The notes beneath the pieces were generated by a model, which saw nothing but the letters and a program-made list of their open reading frames with translations, did no database searches and was not told where the DNA came from. The position numbers and the translations under genes are program-made. From a virus (taxonomy: Duplodnaviria > Heunggongvirae > Uroviricota > Caudoviricetes): DNA of 64,000 nt. Numbering within the stretch: position 1 is the first letter of the stretch; each line of letters opens with the position of its first letter. Location of the stretch: the IMG/VR virus record IMGVR_UViG_3300029705_000072. One strand, given 5' to 3'. Shown one piece after another: positions 47,037 through 55,637 of this stretch.

Positions 47037-47628
47037 GGCCATTTGTGTATCCGGTAAGGCTGGGTCTGGCAAAGACACATTCGCCAGAATGCTTAGACAC
47101 AGGCTTGAGAACGCAAAAGAAAGCGTGGTAACGACCCATTTCGGTGATGCTGTAAAGATGATCGCAAAAAACATCTACGACTGGGATGGCAAAAAGGATG
47201 AAGATGGTCGCGCATTATTGCAGTTCATAGGGACAGATCTCGTAAGAAAACAGGAGCCTGACTTCTGGGCGGAGTTTGTCGCTAGATCCATCAAGCTTTT
47301 GTCCGATGATGGTAATTGGGATTATGTTCTGATTCCAGATTGGCGATTCCCGAACGAAGCGGAAGTGTTGGAAAGATTCGGTATTGATGTCGTAACGGTC
47401 CGCGTGGTATCTACCAAAAACAGAAGATTTATGACCAATGCTCAGTTAGACCATGAATCCGAGAATGCACTTGATGGATACAACGCTTTTGACTACATAG
47501 TCATAAACGACGACCTCGGTGAATTACACGAAGCGGTCAGCGCGATAGCATACGAACTCACTACCGGTAATAAGGCAGATGAGTGGGACAAAGTATCAGG
47601 ATGGGTTAGTGGAGGTACGAATGAATAG
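47023..47628 (+). CDS. P-loop dNMP kinase-like protein
   Basis: Walker A GKAGSGKDT near the N-terminus, phage gp1-like. Confidence 0.55.
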   Translation: MKPIKAICVSGKAGSGKDTFARMLRHRLENAKESVVTTHFGDAVKMIAKNIYDWDGKKDEDGRALLQFIGTDLVRKQEPDFWAEFVARSIKLLSDDGNWDYVLIPDWRFPNEAEVLERFGIDVVTVRVVSTKNRRFMTNAQLDHESENALDGYNAFDYIVINDDLGELHEAVSAIAYELTTGNKADEWDKVSGWVSGGTNE

Positions 47629-48121
47629 AGTAGGTGAATTTAGCAAGGTTTCACTAGAACAGTTTTTAGATGCATGTAACGGGGTTCAGTTTGAATATCC
47701 TCCCGATGAAGTATATGAAAATATACCAATCCCCAAAAGAGCGACATCTGGTTCGGCTGGATATGACTTTAAGGCTCCATTTGCTTTCGATCTAAACCCT
47801 GGTTGGTCGATCAAGATTCCCACCGGAATTCGTGTAAAAATCGAAGACGGATGGTATCTCGCTTGTTTCCCCAGAAGTGGTATGGGTTTTAAGTACCAGG
47901 TTAGACTTGCGAACACATGTGGGGTTATTGATAGTGATTACTTCTATTCTGATAACGAGGGTCACATCATGTTAAAACTGGTAAACGGCGGTAACGATTA
48001 TGTTCATGTAAACGCCGGTGATGGTATTGCGCAGGGGATTTTTATGCAATACGGCATTACATACGACGATAACGCTGTTGAAAAAAGAAATGGTGGATTT
48101 GGGTCCACAGACAGAAAATAA
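47621..48121 (+). CDS. dut: dUTPase
   Basis: PRSGMG, GVIDSDY, RNGGFGSTD motifs. Confidence 0.8.
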   Translation: MNRVGEFSKVSLEQFLDACNGVQFEYPPDEVYENIPIPKRATSGSAGYDFKAPFAFDLNPGWSIKIPTGIRVKIEDGWYLACFPRSGMGFKYQVRLANTCGVIDSDYFYSDNEGHIMLKLVNGGNDYVHVNAGDGIAQGIFMQYGITYDDNAVEKRNGGFGSTDRK

Positions 48122-48181
48122 ATAACTAGGCGGTAGGACGGGTGAAATATCCCGTCCTGTTCGCATATCAAGAGGGCAAAA

Positions 48182-48388
48182 ATGGATAAGAAAAATAACA
48201 TCCCGTTTTGGGAGCAATACACGCTCAGCATAGAAGAAGCCGCCGCGTACTTCAGAATAGGCGAGGGTAAGTTGCGCCGCATAGTGTCGGATAATAAGGA
48301 GTCTGATTTTGTGCTATGGAATGGCAGTAGGCCTCAAATAAAAAGGGGCTTATTTGAAAAATACATAGACGAAAGTTCCACTATATAG
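48182..48388 (+). CDS. xis: excisionase (Tn916 Xis-like)
   Basis: IPFWEQYTLSIEEAAAYFRIGEGKLRR...QIKRGLFEKYID matches the Tn916 Xis pattern. Confidence 0.75.
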   Translation: MDKKNNIPFWEQYTLSIEEAAAYFRIGEGKLRRIVSDNKESDFVLWNGSRPQIKRGLFEKYIDESSTI

Positions 48389-48460
48389 ATACTTTTTTTG
48401 CCGTAAAAATTATGGTATAATTAAGGCGTATAGTGGGTCTTTAGAAAGGAGGCCCAATAG

Positions 48461-49705
48461 ATGTCCGAAAAAAGAAGAGATAGCAAAGGACGTATTCTTT
48501 GGAACGGAGAGTTACAAAGAAAAGACGGTAAATACGAGTTTCGGTATACAGATTTAAAGGGGGAGCGCCATAGCGTATATAGTTGGAAACTGGTAGATAC
48601 GGATAAAGTACCGCAAGGAAAACGGTGTAAAGAGTCTCTCAGAGAGATTGAAAAAAGAATAAAACGTGACCTCGATGACGGATTAGATGCGAGGCTTATC
48701 GACAGAATTAAGGTAAACGACATTGTCATAGACTGGCTAGACATGGTGTGTCCTAGGCTGAAAATGAATACAAAGACGCAATACTGGAGTATGTACAAGA
48801 CATATATAAAAGACAGTATTGGACCTATGAAGGCATCTGAGATAAGGCCGTCTCATATAAGAAAGCTTTATACGAGCATACTTGTCGATCGGAAACGTAC
48901 TTTTAGAACGGTAGCTGTGTTAAACGTAATTATAACCGGTGCATTTTCTTCAGCGGTTAACGATGGCATAATCAGAAAGAACCCATCAATAGGAATCACA
49001 AAAGAACTGTCAAGACTTAACAAAAAGGGAAAGCCTGTTGTGGCGTTGAGCAAATCGCAACAGGAAAGACTTTTAAGATTTGTTCGTGGTCACCAAAAGT
49101 ACAGTAGGTGGGAGAACGTTATACTGGCTCTTCTTGGTACCGGGTGTAGAATCGGCGAGTTAGTCTCGTTGGTTGCCGGTGATTGTAATTTCGAAGAGTC
49201 TTACATCAACATACAAAGGGGTGTGTTCTACAAGAACGGTAAGAAGCAAATAGAGATTACAACAACAAAGTCTGAAAGCGGTATGCGGATAATACCTATG
49301 TTCGATGATGTTAGATCTGTCATACTAGAAGAACTTGGTGTAGAATCTCCGATGCAGATTTCAAATCTCGATGAACCAATATTTAAGAGCGTAACCGGCG
49401 ATATGCTACTGCCATCATCCGTAGAGGGAATGATGAGGCGACTGAAAGAGGCGTACAACAAATACGACGAACAGTTGGCTGCGGAAGAGAATAGGCGGCC
49501 AGATCCGATAGAAAGGCTCACGCCGCACGTATTCAGACACACATTTTGTACGAGGCTGTGTGAAAAAACATCCGATATAAAAATAGTACAAGAAATTATG
49601 GGGCATGCCGACATATCGGTTACTATGAATGTCTACAACAATATAAGTAAGGATAGGAAGATAGAAAGGTTCAAAGACTTCGGTGAATCCATCTCGGAAA
49701 TTTGA
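48461..49705 (+). CDS. int: tyrosine integrase (Int-Tn family)
   Basis: N-terminal arm-binding domain; catalytic box LTPHVFRHTFCTRL...IMGHADISVTMNVY. Confidence 0.9.
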   Translation: MSEKRRDSKGRILWNGELQRKDGKYEFRYTDLKGERHSVYSWKLVDTDKVPQGKRCKESLREIEKRIKRDLDDGLDARLIDRIKVNDIVIDWLDMVCPRLKMNTKTQYWSMYKTYIKDSIGPMKASEIRPSHIRKLYTSILVDRKRTFRTVAVLNVIITGAFSSAVNDGIIRKNPSIGITKELSRLNKKGKPVVALSKSQQERLLRFVRGHQKYSRWENVILALLGTGCRIGELVSLVAGDCNFEESYINIQRGVFYKNGKKQIEITTTKSESGMRIIPMFDDVRSVILEELGVESPMQISNLDEPIFKSVTGDMLLPSSVEGMMRRLKEAYNKYDEQLAAEENRRPDPIERLTPHVFRHTFCTRLCEKTSDIKIVQEIMGHADISVTMNVYNNISKDRKIERFKDFGESISEI

Positions 49706-50290
49706 TGTATTTTTTACACCTCAATTTACACCGTTCAAAAGAGAAGTTATAAGAACTTATGAGAAGTTATGCAGCTAATCATAACATCCATAATAACAAG
49801 CGAACATTTGAAAATGAACGATATAAGAACTTATGAGAAGTTATGAGAAGATATGTAATGGTACCTATACGCGCGAAGAGTTATAAAGAGCTATATAAAG
49901 CTATATAAGGCTATATAATCTTTTATGGCCATAAAAAGCAAGTTAATTATGCCTGGAACCATTGGAATTTCAACAACTATTGTTTTTTACCCAAAAGACT
50001 ATGCTGCGTTAAACAAAATCATTTTACACCACTTTTACACCATTTCATTTTACGCCCACTATACAACAAACCGTCCCGAAAGGGCGGTATACATAACCAA
50101 ACAAACTACTTGTAAGAACACTGGGTTTGTAACTAATGCTGTTACAAATAGTTTGTCATGCCCTCAGGAGGCTGTGAGAGCCCCTGAGACGAACGAAATT
50201 ACATCTTTTGAACAAGGTTTCAATTGAAACAAAAACACGCCCAAAAAGGCTAAAACGAAAAACGAAGGCTACCCATTTCGGGTAGCCTAT
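49706..50290. repeat. attP-like region with arm-type direct repeats
   Basis: ataagaacttatgagaagttatg x2, ttacacc x4, agctatataa x3; hairpins; no credible ORF (ORF 49925..50227 judged spurious). Confidence 0.55.
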
Positions 50291-50293
50291 TTT

Positions 50294-50908
50294 TTATTCT
50301 TCAGCTTTTTTATCCTTCAGCAGTTTAAACAGTCTGGCATAAGTGACCTTATCCCCAACTGAAGATCTTTCATCAAGTTTTACAAAACCTATATCGTCTC
50401 TCTGGTAAAAATCCAGTAGACCGTATTTTGAACTGTCGCACTCCAAGTATACTACTCCACCGCCAATAATTTTCTGTGCTCTTCGAATAACCGATATTGC
50501 CTTGTCTAGCAAGTCGTATCCGGGAAGCTCTTCTCTTGTGACGCGAGAATCCCTGCCTATTTGTGCAATGAGAAAAGATGATAGAACCATAGTGTTTCCT
50601 TCATCTTCGATAGAGGAAAATTTACTGAGGTACTTTCTCTTGGCAGTAGTTTGTATGGCCTCTGCTGAAAACGAAATTGGTTTGACCATTATTGTGAATA
50701 TACCAGAAAATGCTGCATCTGATTCACTTTCAGATACTACAAGGTATGTCATGGATATTTTTTGTTTTGCAAATGTAAGCGCATTGTTTCGAACGAAGTT
50801 TTCAATATCTTTGTTTTCAGTACAAACAAAAGTGGAGAGGAGCGCATTTGTAGCATCCTCTCCATACTTTTCCTCGATATCCAGAAGATTGAAAACTTTG
50901 ATTGACAT
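50294..50908 (-). CDS. GNAT-fold acetyltransferase toxin-like protein (TacT/AtaT/KacT-type)
   Basis: ..FLIAQIGRDSRV.. (cf. LLGRLAVD) and ..YGLLDFYQRDDIGFV.. (cf. FY.K.GF). Confidence 0.5.
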   Translation of the reverse strand: MSIKVFNLLDIEEKYGEDATNALLSTFVCTENKDIENFVRNNALTFAKQKISMTYLVVSESESDAAFSGIFTIMVKPISFSAEAIQTTAKRKYLSKFSSIEDEGNTMVLSSFLIAQIGRDSRVTREELPGYDLLDKAISVIRRAQKIIGGGVVYLECDSSKYGLLDFYQRDDIGFVKLDERSSVGDKVTYARLFKLLKDKKAEE

Positions 50909-50916
50909 TACTGTAC

Positions 50917-51090
50917 CTACTTGAGTTTGAATGTTTCCTTGATTAGTGCCGGATCAGAAATACAATTAAAATCAAACCCAATAGTTGCTGTCTTAGATTT
51001 CTTATCAGCAAGCTGCAGCGTTCTTACAAAATTGTCAGCGTTACTTTTGGTAGTAATCTTTATCGAATGGAAAATACTCGATGTAGCCAT
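50917..51090 (-). CDS. small protein upstream of and coupled to the GNAT gene (antitoxin candidate)
   Basis: 57 aa; RBS GGAGGTGATT; 8-nt gap to the GNAT start. Confidence 0.45.
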   Translation of the reverse strand: MATSSIFHSIKITTKSNADNFVRTLQLADKKSKTATIGFDFNCISDPALIKETFKLK

Positions 51091-51168
51091 TTCTAATCAC
51101 CTCCTAAAACGCAAAGAAGTACATGATTATTATATGTCAACACATTTCTCTGTGTCAAGATGTAATTG

Positions 51169-51375
51169 TTACATCAAAATTCCGTTCACGCGCAGATAAT
51201 ACTCTGCGAGCCAATGAATGTCTTTGTGCATCAAAACCGGGTTGTCCCAGTCGATCATATTTACTGCGTCCCTCGAAAGTGATTCTACATCGTATTCCGC
51301 TGCAGCGTCACCGAGAAGGGAAGCAATTTCATTTCTGAATGAGTTGAAGATAAAATTTTTAATGCTATCGCTCAC
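51169..51375 (-). CDS. hypothetical small protein
   Basis: ORF. Confidence 0.35.
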   Translation of the reverse strand: MSDSIKNFIFNSFRNEIASLLGDAAAEYDVESLSRDAVNMIDWDNPVLMHKDIHWLAEYYLRVNGILM

Positions 51376-51775
51376 AATGTTTCACCACCTTTCTGAGCAA
51401 TAAACAGAAAAAGGGAGTCCATAAAGGACTCCCAATTTCGGAAAGTGATTTACATGAATTAACTATAAATTACCATAAAATGTAATGAAAGTCAATATAT
51501 ATTTATGATAATAAATAAAAAATCCAAGCTGCCTGCCTCGATCGAGTTTGGCGTATCGCTTTTCCCAAATGGGTTTAGCATTGCTTGGTAAAGATATATT
51601 AACACCCATGAAGATGTCAGTCAAGAACTATTTCTTGCAAGTCGACATTGTTCGTGCTATAGTGACATACGGTGCTACCAAAACGGTAGGCGGTTAGGTC
51701 CCTCGGCAGAGGGTCTATCCCTCTGCGTACACTATATTACCCGCGATAGGGAATGTATGAAAGGGGGAATGCAAG

Positions 51776-51871
51776 ATGGAAATAGTAGAACATATAGATA
51801 CCATTCTAGAATGGATATCAAAAATTCTAGTGATTGCAGTTACAATCAGAAATTTCCACAAAGAAAAATAA
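51776..51871 (+). CDS. 31-aa hydrophobic peptide inside a long inverted-repeat RNA (type I toxin-like)
   Basis: RBS AAAGGGGGA 6 nt before ATG; MEIVEHIDTILEWISKILVIAVTIRNFHKEK; flanked by ggtgctacc...ggtagcacc. Confidence 0.35.
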   Translation: MEIVEHIDTILEWISKILVIAVTIRNFHKEK

Positions 51872-52085
51872 CCGCCATAGGGTCCAATCTGTAGCGGTTA
51901 CTTTCAATCGTTATTGTAAGGGCTAACCGTCTATCGGTAGCACCTTTTCTATATCAAATATAACACAAACACATTTATCTGTCAAAGAAAAATACGAGAC
52001 TTTGGCAGATTTCTATTTTCGGGCGATTTGAGACCGACTTCTGCGTGAGCTAAAATAGGTATTTCATGCACAGTTTTCGTAGGTC

Positions 52086-52622
52086 TCAGAGGGTGTCAGG
52101 GGTCGAGGATGGTATCGCCGGGACACTTGTAGGTGGTTTGAATCCTAGATAAGAATTTTCAAGCTTTTTAAAGTCACAACAGACCCTATGCAAAAAGGCG
52201 TCTTTGCCCTCAAGTCTCTTTGCATATACACGCTTTGCTTTTTCTTCAATCCTACTTGCGTTCTTTCTTATAAATCTGACCTCGTTAGATTCGTAGGTAT
52301 CTAGTTCTGGGTCTATAATTACCCTGCTATATACACCTGGCATAACCGGGAACATATTGTTGTGAAGTATATTAGCGATTTCTTTTCCAGAACTATCTCT
52401 AACAAATGTAGTTATAGACGCAGCGCGCTTCTTTTTACCATTAATACTTCTTTCGAAAGTAGTCTGTGAAGTGAGCGGTAAAACGTACGTAATACCATTC
52501 ACCATGGTAATAACGCCAACAAACGGTCTATTGTTGTATTTAACGCTAATCCTATAGTCTATCTTATGCATGTATTTCAGGTAGTCTGCGTCTATTTTAA
52601 TCAGATCTAAATTACGTTCCAT
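52086..52622 (-). CDS. toxN: ToxN/AbiQ-family endoribonuclease toxin (type III TA)
   Basis: LIKIDADYLKYMHKIDYRISVKYNNRPFVGVITMVNGITYVLPLTSQ parallels ToxN/AbiQ; upstream repeat array plus hairpin. Confidence 0.75.
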   Translation of the reverse strand: MERNLDLIKIDADYLKYMHKIDYRISVKYNNRPFVGVITMVNGITYVLPLTSQTTFERSINGKKKRAASITTFVRDSSGKEIANILHNNMFPVMPGVYSRVIIDPELDTYESNEVRFIRKNASRIEEKAKRVYAKRLEGKDAFLHRVCCDFKKLENSYLGFKPPTSVPAIPSSTPDTL

Positions 52623-52649
52623 TGCCACGACTCTTACTATAAAAGAAAT

Positions 52650-52675
52650 GGGTTGTTCACATAAGCAAACAACCC
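52650..52675 (-). terminator. hairpin between the ToxI repeats and toxN (attenuator/terminator)
   Basis: gggttgtt-cacataagca-aacaaccc. Confidence 0.5.
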
Positions 52676-52679
52676 GCAT

Positions 52680-52760
52680 TTTGATTCGTCCACTAAAGCA
52701 GGACCTCTCTAATTGTGCGTCGTCCACTAAAGCAGGACCTCTCTTAACTACATTATACCC
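52680..52760 (-). ncRNA. toxI: ToxI/AntiQ-like antitoxin RNA repeats (2 x 34-nt direct repeats)
   Basis: tcgtccactaaagcaggacctctc occurs twice with a 34-nt period directly upstream of toxN. Confidence 0.7.
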
Positions 52761-52834
52761 AGTATTCTGGGAAATGCAACAGTTATATTAGATTTCTTTT
52801 GTGTATAACAGAGTTGTTTGCAGTGTGAAGAAGG

Positions 52835-53455
52835 TCAATACCCACGAACGTCCTCGATGAAGGAGTGATTCTTCATATGGTTCTCATATGATTCGGCGAT
52901 GATACGGTAGACCACATCGATCTCACCGTTCGTCAAACCACGCTCTTCGAGGAAGGCTTCGTACTTACGGTACACCTTAAAAATACGGTTGAACTCTTCT
53001 CGGGAAACCATTACGCTGTCATCGCTGACCTTTGTAGCGAAATCAATGATGCGATCTCGGCTGTTTTGAACGAACAGCTCTTCGGTCATCTTTGTATTGT
53101 CGTTCAGAGCTCTAGTTACGTCTGCGAGGCTGCTGCTGATATCCGCAATGGATTGGTCATAAATATCAGCGCGGCAGTTTACCCAGTTCATCCAGTTATT
53201 TCTCTTGGTGATGTTGTCCTCTGAGTAGTGTGCATTTACATCTCCCAAAAGCTGCTTGACGGCCTTCAGGGTTTGTGCGGTGTCTTCTCTTTCTGCCTTT
53301 TTGCGGGAGAAGAATTTCCGCATCTTCACAAATTCAGGCACAACTTTTCCTTTGAATTCCAGGATCTCTCCAACCAGGTTCATCACAACCAGGACTAGAA
53401 CGATCACGATAGCGACCTTAGAGGGCAGGTTCAGATACTCGAGATAGCCAAGCAT
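52835..53455 (-). CDS. membrane-anchored hypothetical protein (206 aa)
   Basis: N-terminal TM; sits between the holins and ToxIN. Confidence 0.5.
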   Translation of the reverse strand: MLGYLEYLNLPSKVAIVIVLVLVVMNLVGEILEFKGKVVPEFVKMRKFFSRKKAEREDTAQTLKAVKQLLGDVNAHYSEDNITKRNNWMNWVNCRADIYDQSIADISSSLADVTRALNDNTKMTEELFVQNSRDRIIDFATKVSDDSVMVSREEFNRIFKVYRKYEAFLEERGLTNGEIDVVYRIIAESYENHMKNHSFIEDVRGY

Positions 53456-53460
53456 TGTCG

Positions 53461-53793
53461 CTATTCACCTGCCTCAGGGGTAGGTGCGTTTACTACTTTA
53501 GACATGGCGCAGAGATCGTCGATCAAAGCGGATACCACATCCAGGTTAATGTCATAGTTCACGGTCTTAGCAGAAGCCGCGACCATGGCGAGAACCCATT
53601 CTTTCTTGTCTGCACCTTTTTCGAATTTTTGTTCAGCAGTTTGCATGTATCCCATCACCAGGGTTAACAGCTGATTCCAGTTTCTTTCCTTGATGCTCTT
53701 CTGCACATATTCGATCAGCTTAATAACCAGGGGGATCACCACAGACAGGCTTGCTAATATTTCTATAATTAGCTTACCCCACTCCATAGTCAT
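53461..53793 (-). CDS. holin-like protein (LL-H-type)
   Basis: N-terminal TM plus charged C-terminus; adjacent to the holin/lysins. Confidence 0.5.
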   Translation of the reverse strand: MTMEWGKLIIEILASLSVVIPLVIKLIEYVQKSIKERNWNQLLTLVMGYMQTAEQKFEKGADKKEWVLAMVAASAKTVNYDINLDVVSALIDDLCAMSKVVNAPTPEAGE

Positions 53794-53836
53794 TACCTCC
53801 TAAATGTATAATACCCGGCCATATAGGCCGGGTTTT

Positions 53837-54139
53837 TTATTTTTCTTCTTCCATCGACACCATCTTCATCAGGTTCTTAAAAGCCTCGTAATAACCGGTG
53901 CCCATCAGCCCAGATGTCGCACCGATATAGATGGCGTTGATAATGTCGTTTGCGGGGAAGTCTTCCATAGTTTTCATGAAGACCGCACCCAGAACTGCGC
54001 CTACCGCGAGGTTGATCCAGGGAATAGCTTTGTTCTCGATCTTTGTTTTATGTTTCAGAAACATGCCTAGAATTAGGCAGATGAGGGTAATGGGCTGTAC
54101 GATGGTAACACCGAACAGCTCAAAGATATTAAAGTCCAT
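53837..54139 (-). CDS. holin (two TM segments)
   Basis: TM1 VTIVQPITLICLILGMFL, TM2 INLAVGAVLGAVF; RBS GGAGGT. Confidence 0.65.
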   Translation of the reverse strand: MDFNIFELFGVTIVQPITLICLILGMFLKHKTKIENKAIPWINLAVGAVLGAVFMKTMEDFPANDIINAIYIGATSGLMGTGYYEAFKNLMKMVSMEEEK

Positions 54140-54144
54140 CGTAA

Positions 54145-54570
54145 CTACCTCCAATCTGTTTCGTGATGTCTCTTGTAACCGTATCTGCCAGCATCAGACC
54201 CGAAGTGCATACCCCAGTCATACAGACCAATGTTTGCAATCTTGTCATGATGGTCGCAGATCTTTTTCCAAGCGTACTTGAATTGACGATACTTATCAGA
54301 AGGGATGCCGGTAATGTCTGTACCGAGACCATCAAGGTGTTCGCTGTTTGCATCGCCGCCGCAAGAAGTGTTGAAGCTCTTGGTGCGATACCACGAAGAC
54401 ACCTCAAGTGGCTTTCCGTACCAGTCACGGAGTTCCTGCAGCATCTGTGCGTGTTCGATCAGTTCGGGTGTTAATACGAGCTTTATCTCTTCGGAAGCCT
54501 GCTTGTTAGCAGCCTCATATACGCTAAAGTTCTTCGTAAGTTGCCCAGATACCATATATCCGTTTGCCAT
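54145..54570 (-). CDS. peptidase M15 (VanY / L-Ala-D-Glu peptidase-like) endolysin
   Basis: SWYRT...CGGDANSEHLDGLGTDI...D..GMHFG zinc-binding signature; RBS GGAGGTGAT. Confidence 0.7.
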   Translation of the reverse strand: MANGYMVSGQLTKNFSVYEAANKQASEEIKLVLTPELIEHAQMLQELRDWYGKPLEVSSWYRTKSFNTSCGGDANSEHLDGLGTDITGIPSDKYRQFKYAWKKICDHHDKIANIGLYDWGMHFGSDAGRYGYKRHHETDWR

Positions 54571-54582
54571 CGGAATCACCTC

Positions 54583-55611
54583 CTAAGAGAATAGGGAAGT
54601 GAAGGTGGCCTGTCCAGCCCATCCATCCACTTCGAGTCCGTTTGCTTCTTGATAGCTCTTCAGCATGCTGAGAAGGGTGTATGAGAATACACCGTCGATC
54701 TTGCCACAGTCGTAACCCTTTCGACAGAGGGCACCCTGAAGAATACGTACTCTGTTTGGAGTTGCGTATGAGCTTCCGAGAGTGAAAGACTTGTGTTCGC
54801 GCTTAGAAGCAGGACCCCAGGAGCCGTCTACATCAGAGCCGTTCTCGGTCTGCATAGCCATGATCTGACCTCTGTTGGTTGCGGGTCCGAGAGAACCGTC
54901 TACAGCGAGTCCGAGTCCGTATTCCGAATTCAGCCAGGTTTGATACTGCTTCTGGGTAGACATAGAAGAGTGATCTCCGTCTGTACCGTTGTCGGGTTCT
55001 ACCACGGCGTAAATGAAGTTCATTACAATTCGAGAAGAGTTAATTACTCTACCAGCCAAATTGCACTGAGAGCTTCCGCCTCCGTCAAGATTACCGGCAT
55101 AAGTGCATCCGAGATTCTTCATGTAAGCGACACCCTCATCGAGAGTGAGGTCGCTCTTTCCACCAACATCCTGGGCGCACACCATGAAGAAGTGTGTGTC
55201 GTTGTGGCCGATCATGGTTCTGCCGCGATCAGTATTGTCGATGCAATATGAAAAGCCTGAGTGCTGCTTTCCGACCTCGAGAAGGGGAGGGTGAACAGCA
55301 ACTGCGTCTAGAACGTGTACCGGGCAGTTATTGCCTCTGCAGTACAGTTCGGGCTTAGCGCCTCTGTTGAAGGCATAGAAAGCCTCGTTGGAGAACACGG
55401 GGTTAACCATGATACCGTTGACTTTCAGGCCAAGAGCAGAAGTTCCGTCCCAATTAAAAAAGCCACCGTTCATAAGGTGGATTTCTTTACCTGGGTATTT
55501 GTTTTTCAAGGTCGAATAGACCTTGTTCATAGAATGTCTGTTTGATGAATTATCCCACATACCGATGTGGATAATCCGGTTAAATGGAATTTTGGAAACC
55601 AGAGTTGCCAT
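54583..55611 (-). CDS. cell-wall hydrolase: NAGPA/phosphodiester-glycosidase-like domain + C-terminal peptidoglycan-binding repeats
   Basis: LDGGGSS signature; DGSLGPAT / DGSWGPAS / DGWAGQAT (PG_binding_1-like); RBS AAAAGGAGG. Confidence 0.65.
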   Translation of the reverse strand: MATLVSKIPFNRIIHIGMWDNSSNRHSMNKVYSTLKNKYPGKEIHLMNGGFFNWDGTSALGLKVNGIMVNPVFSNEAFYAFNRGAKPELYCRGNNCPVHVLDAVAVHPPLLEVGKQHSGFSYCIDNTDRGRTMIGHNDTHFFMVCAQDVGGKSDLTLDEGVAYMKNLGCTYAGNLDGGGSSQCNLAGRVINSSRIVMNFIYAVVEPDNGTDGDHSSMSTQKQYQTWLNSEYGLGLAVDGSLGPATNRGQIMAMQTENGSDVDGSWGPASKREHKSFTLGSSYATPNRVRILQGALCRKGYDCGKIDGVFSYTLLSMLKSYQEANGLEVDGWAGQATFTSLFS

Positions 55612-55637
55612 ACCGTTTCCTCCTTTTATTCTAAAAA

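Noticed and set aside
49925-50227. ORF 49925..50227 (100 aa) in the int-downstream region
   Set aside because: It lies in repeat-rich attP-like DNA with no RBS and a low-complexity translation; judged non-coding.
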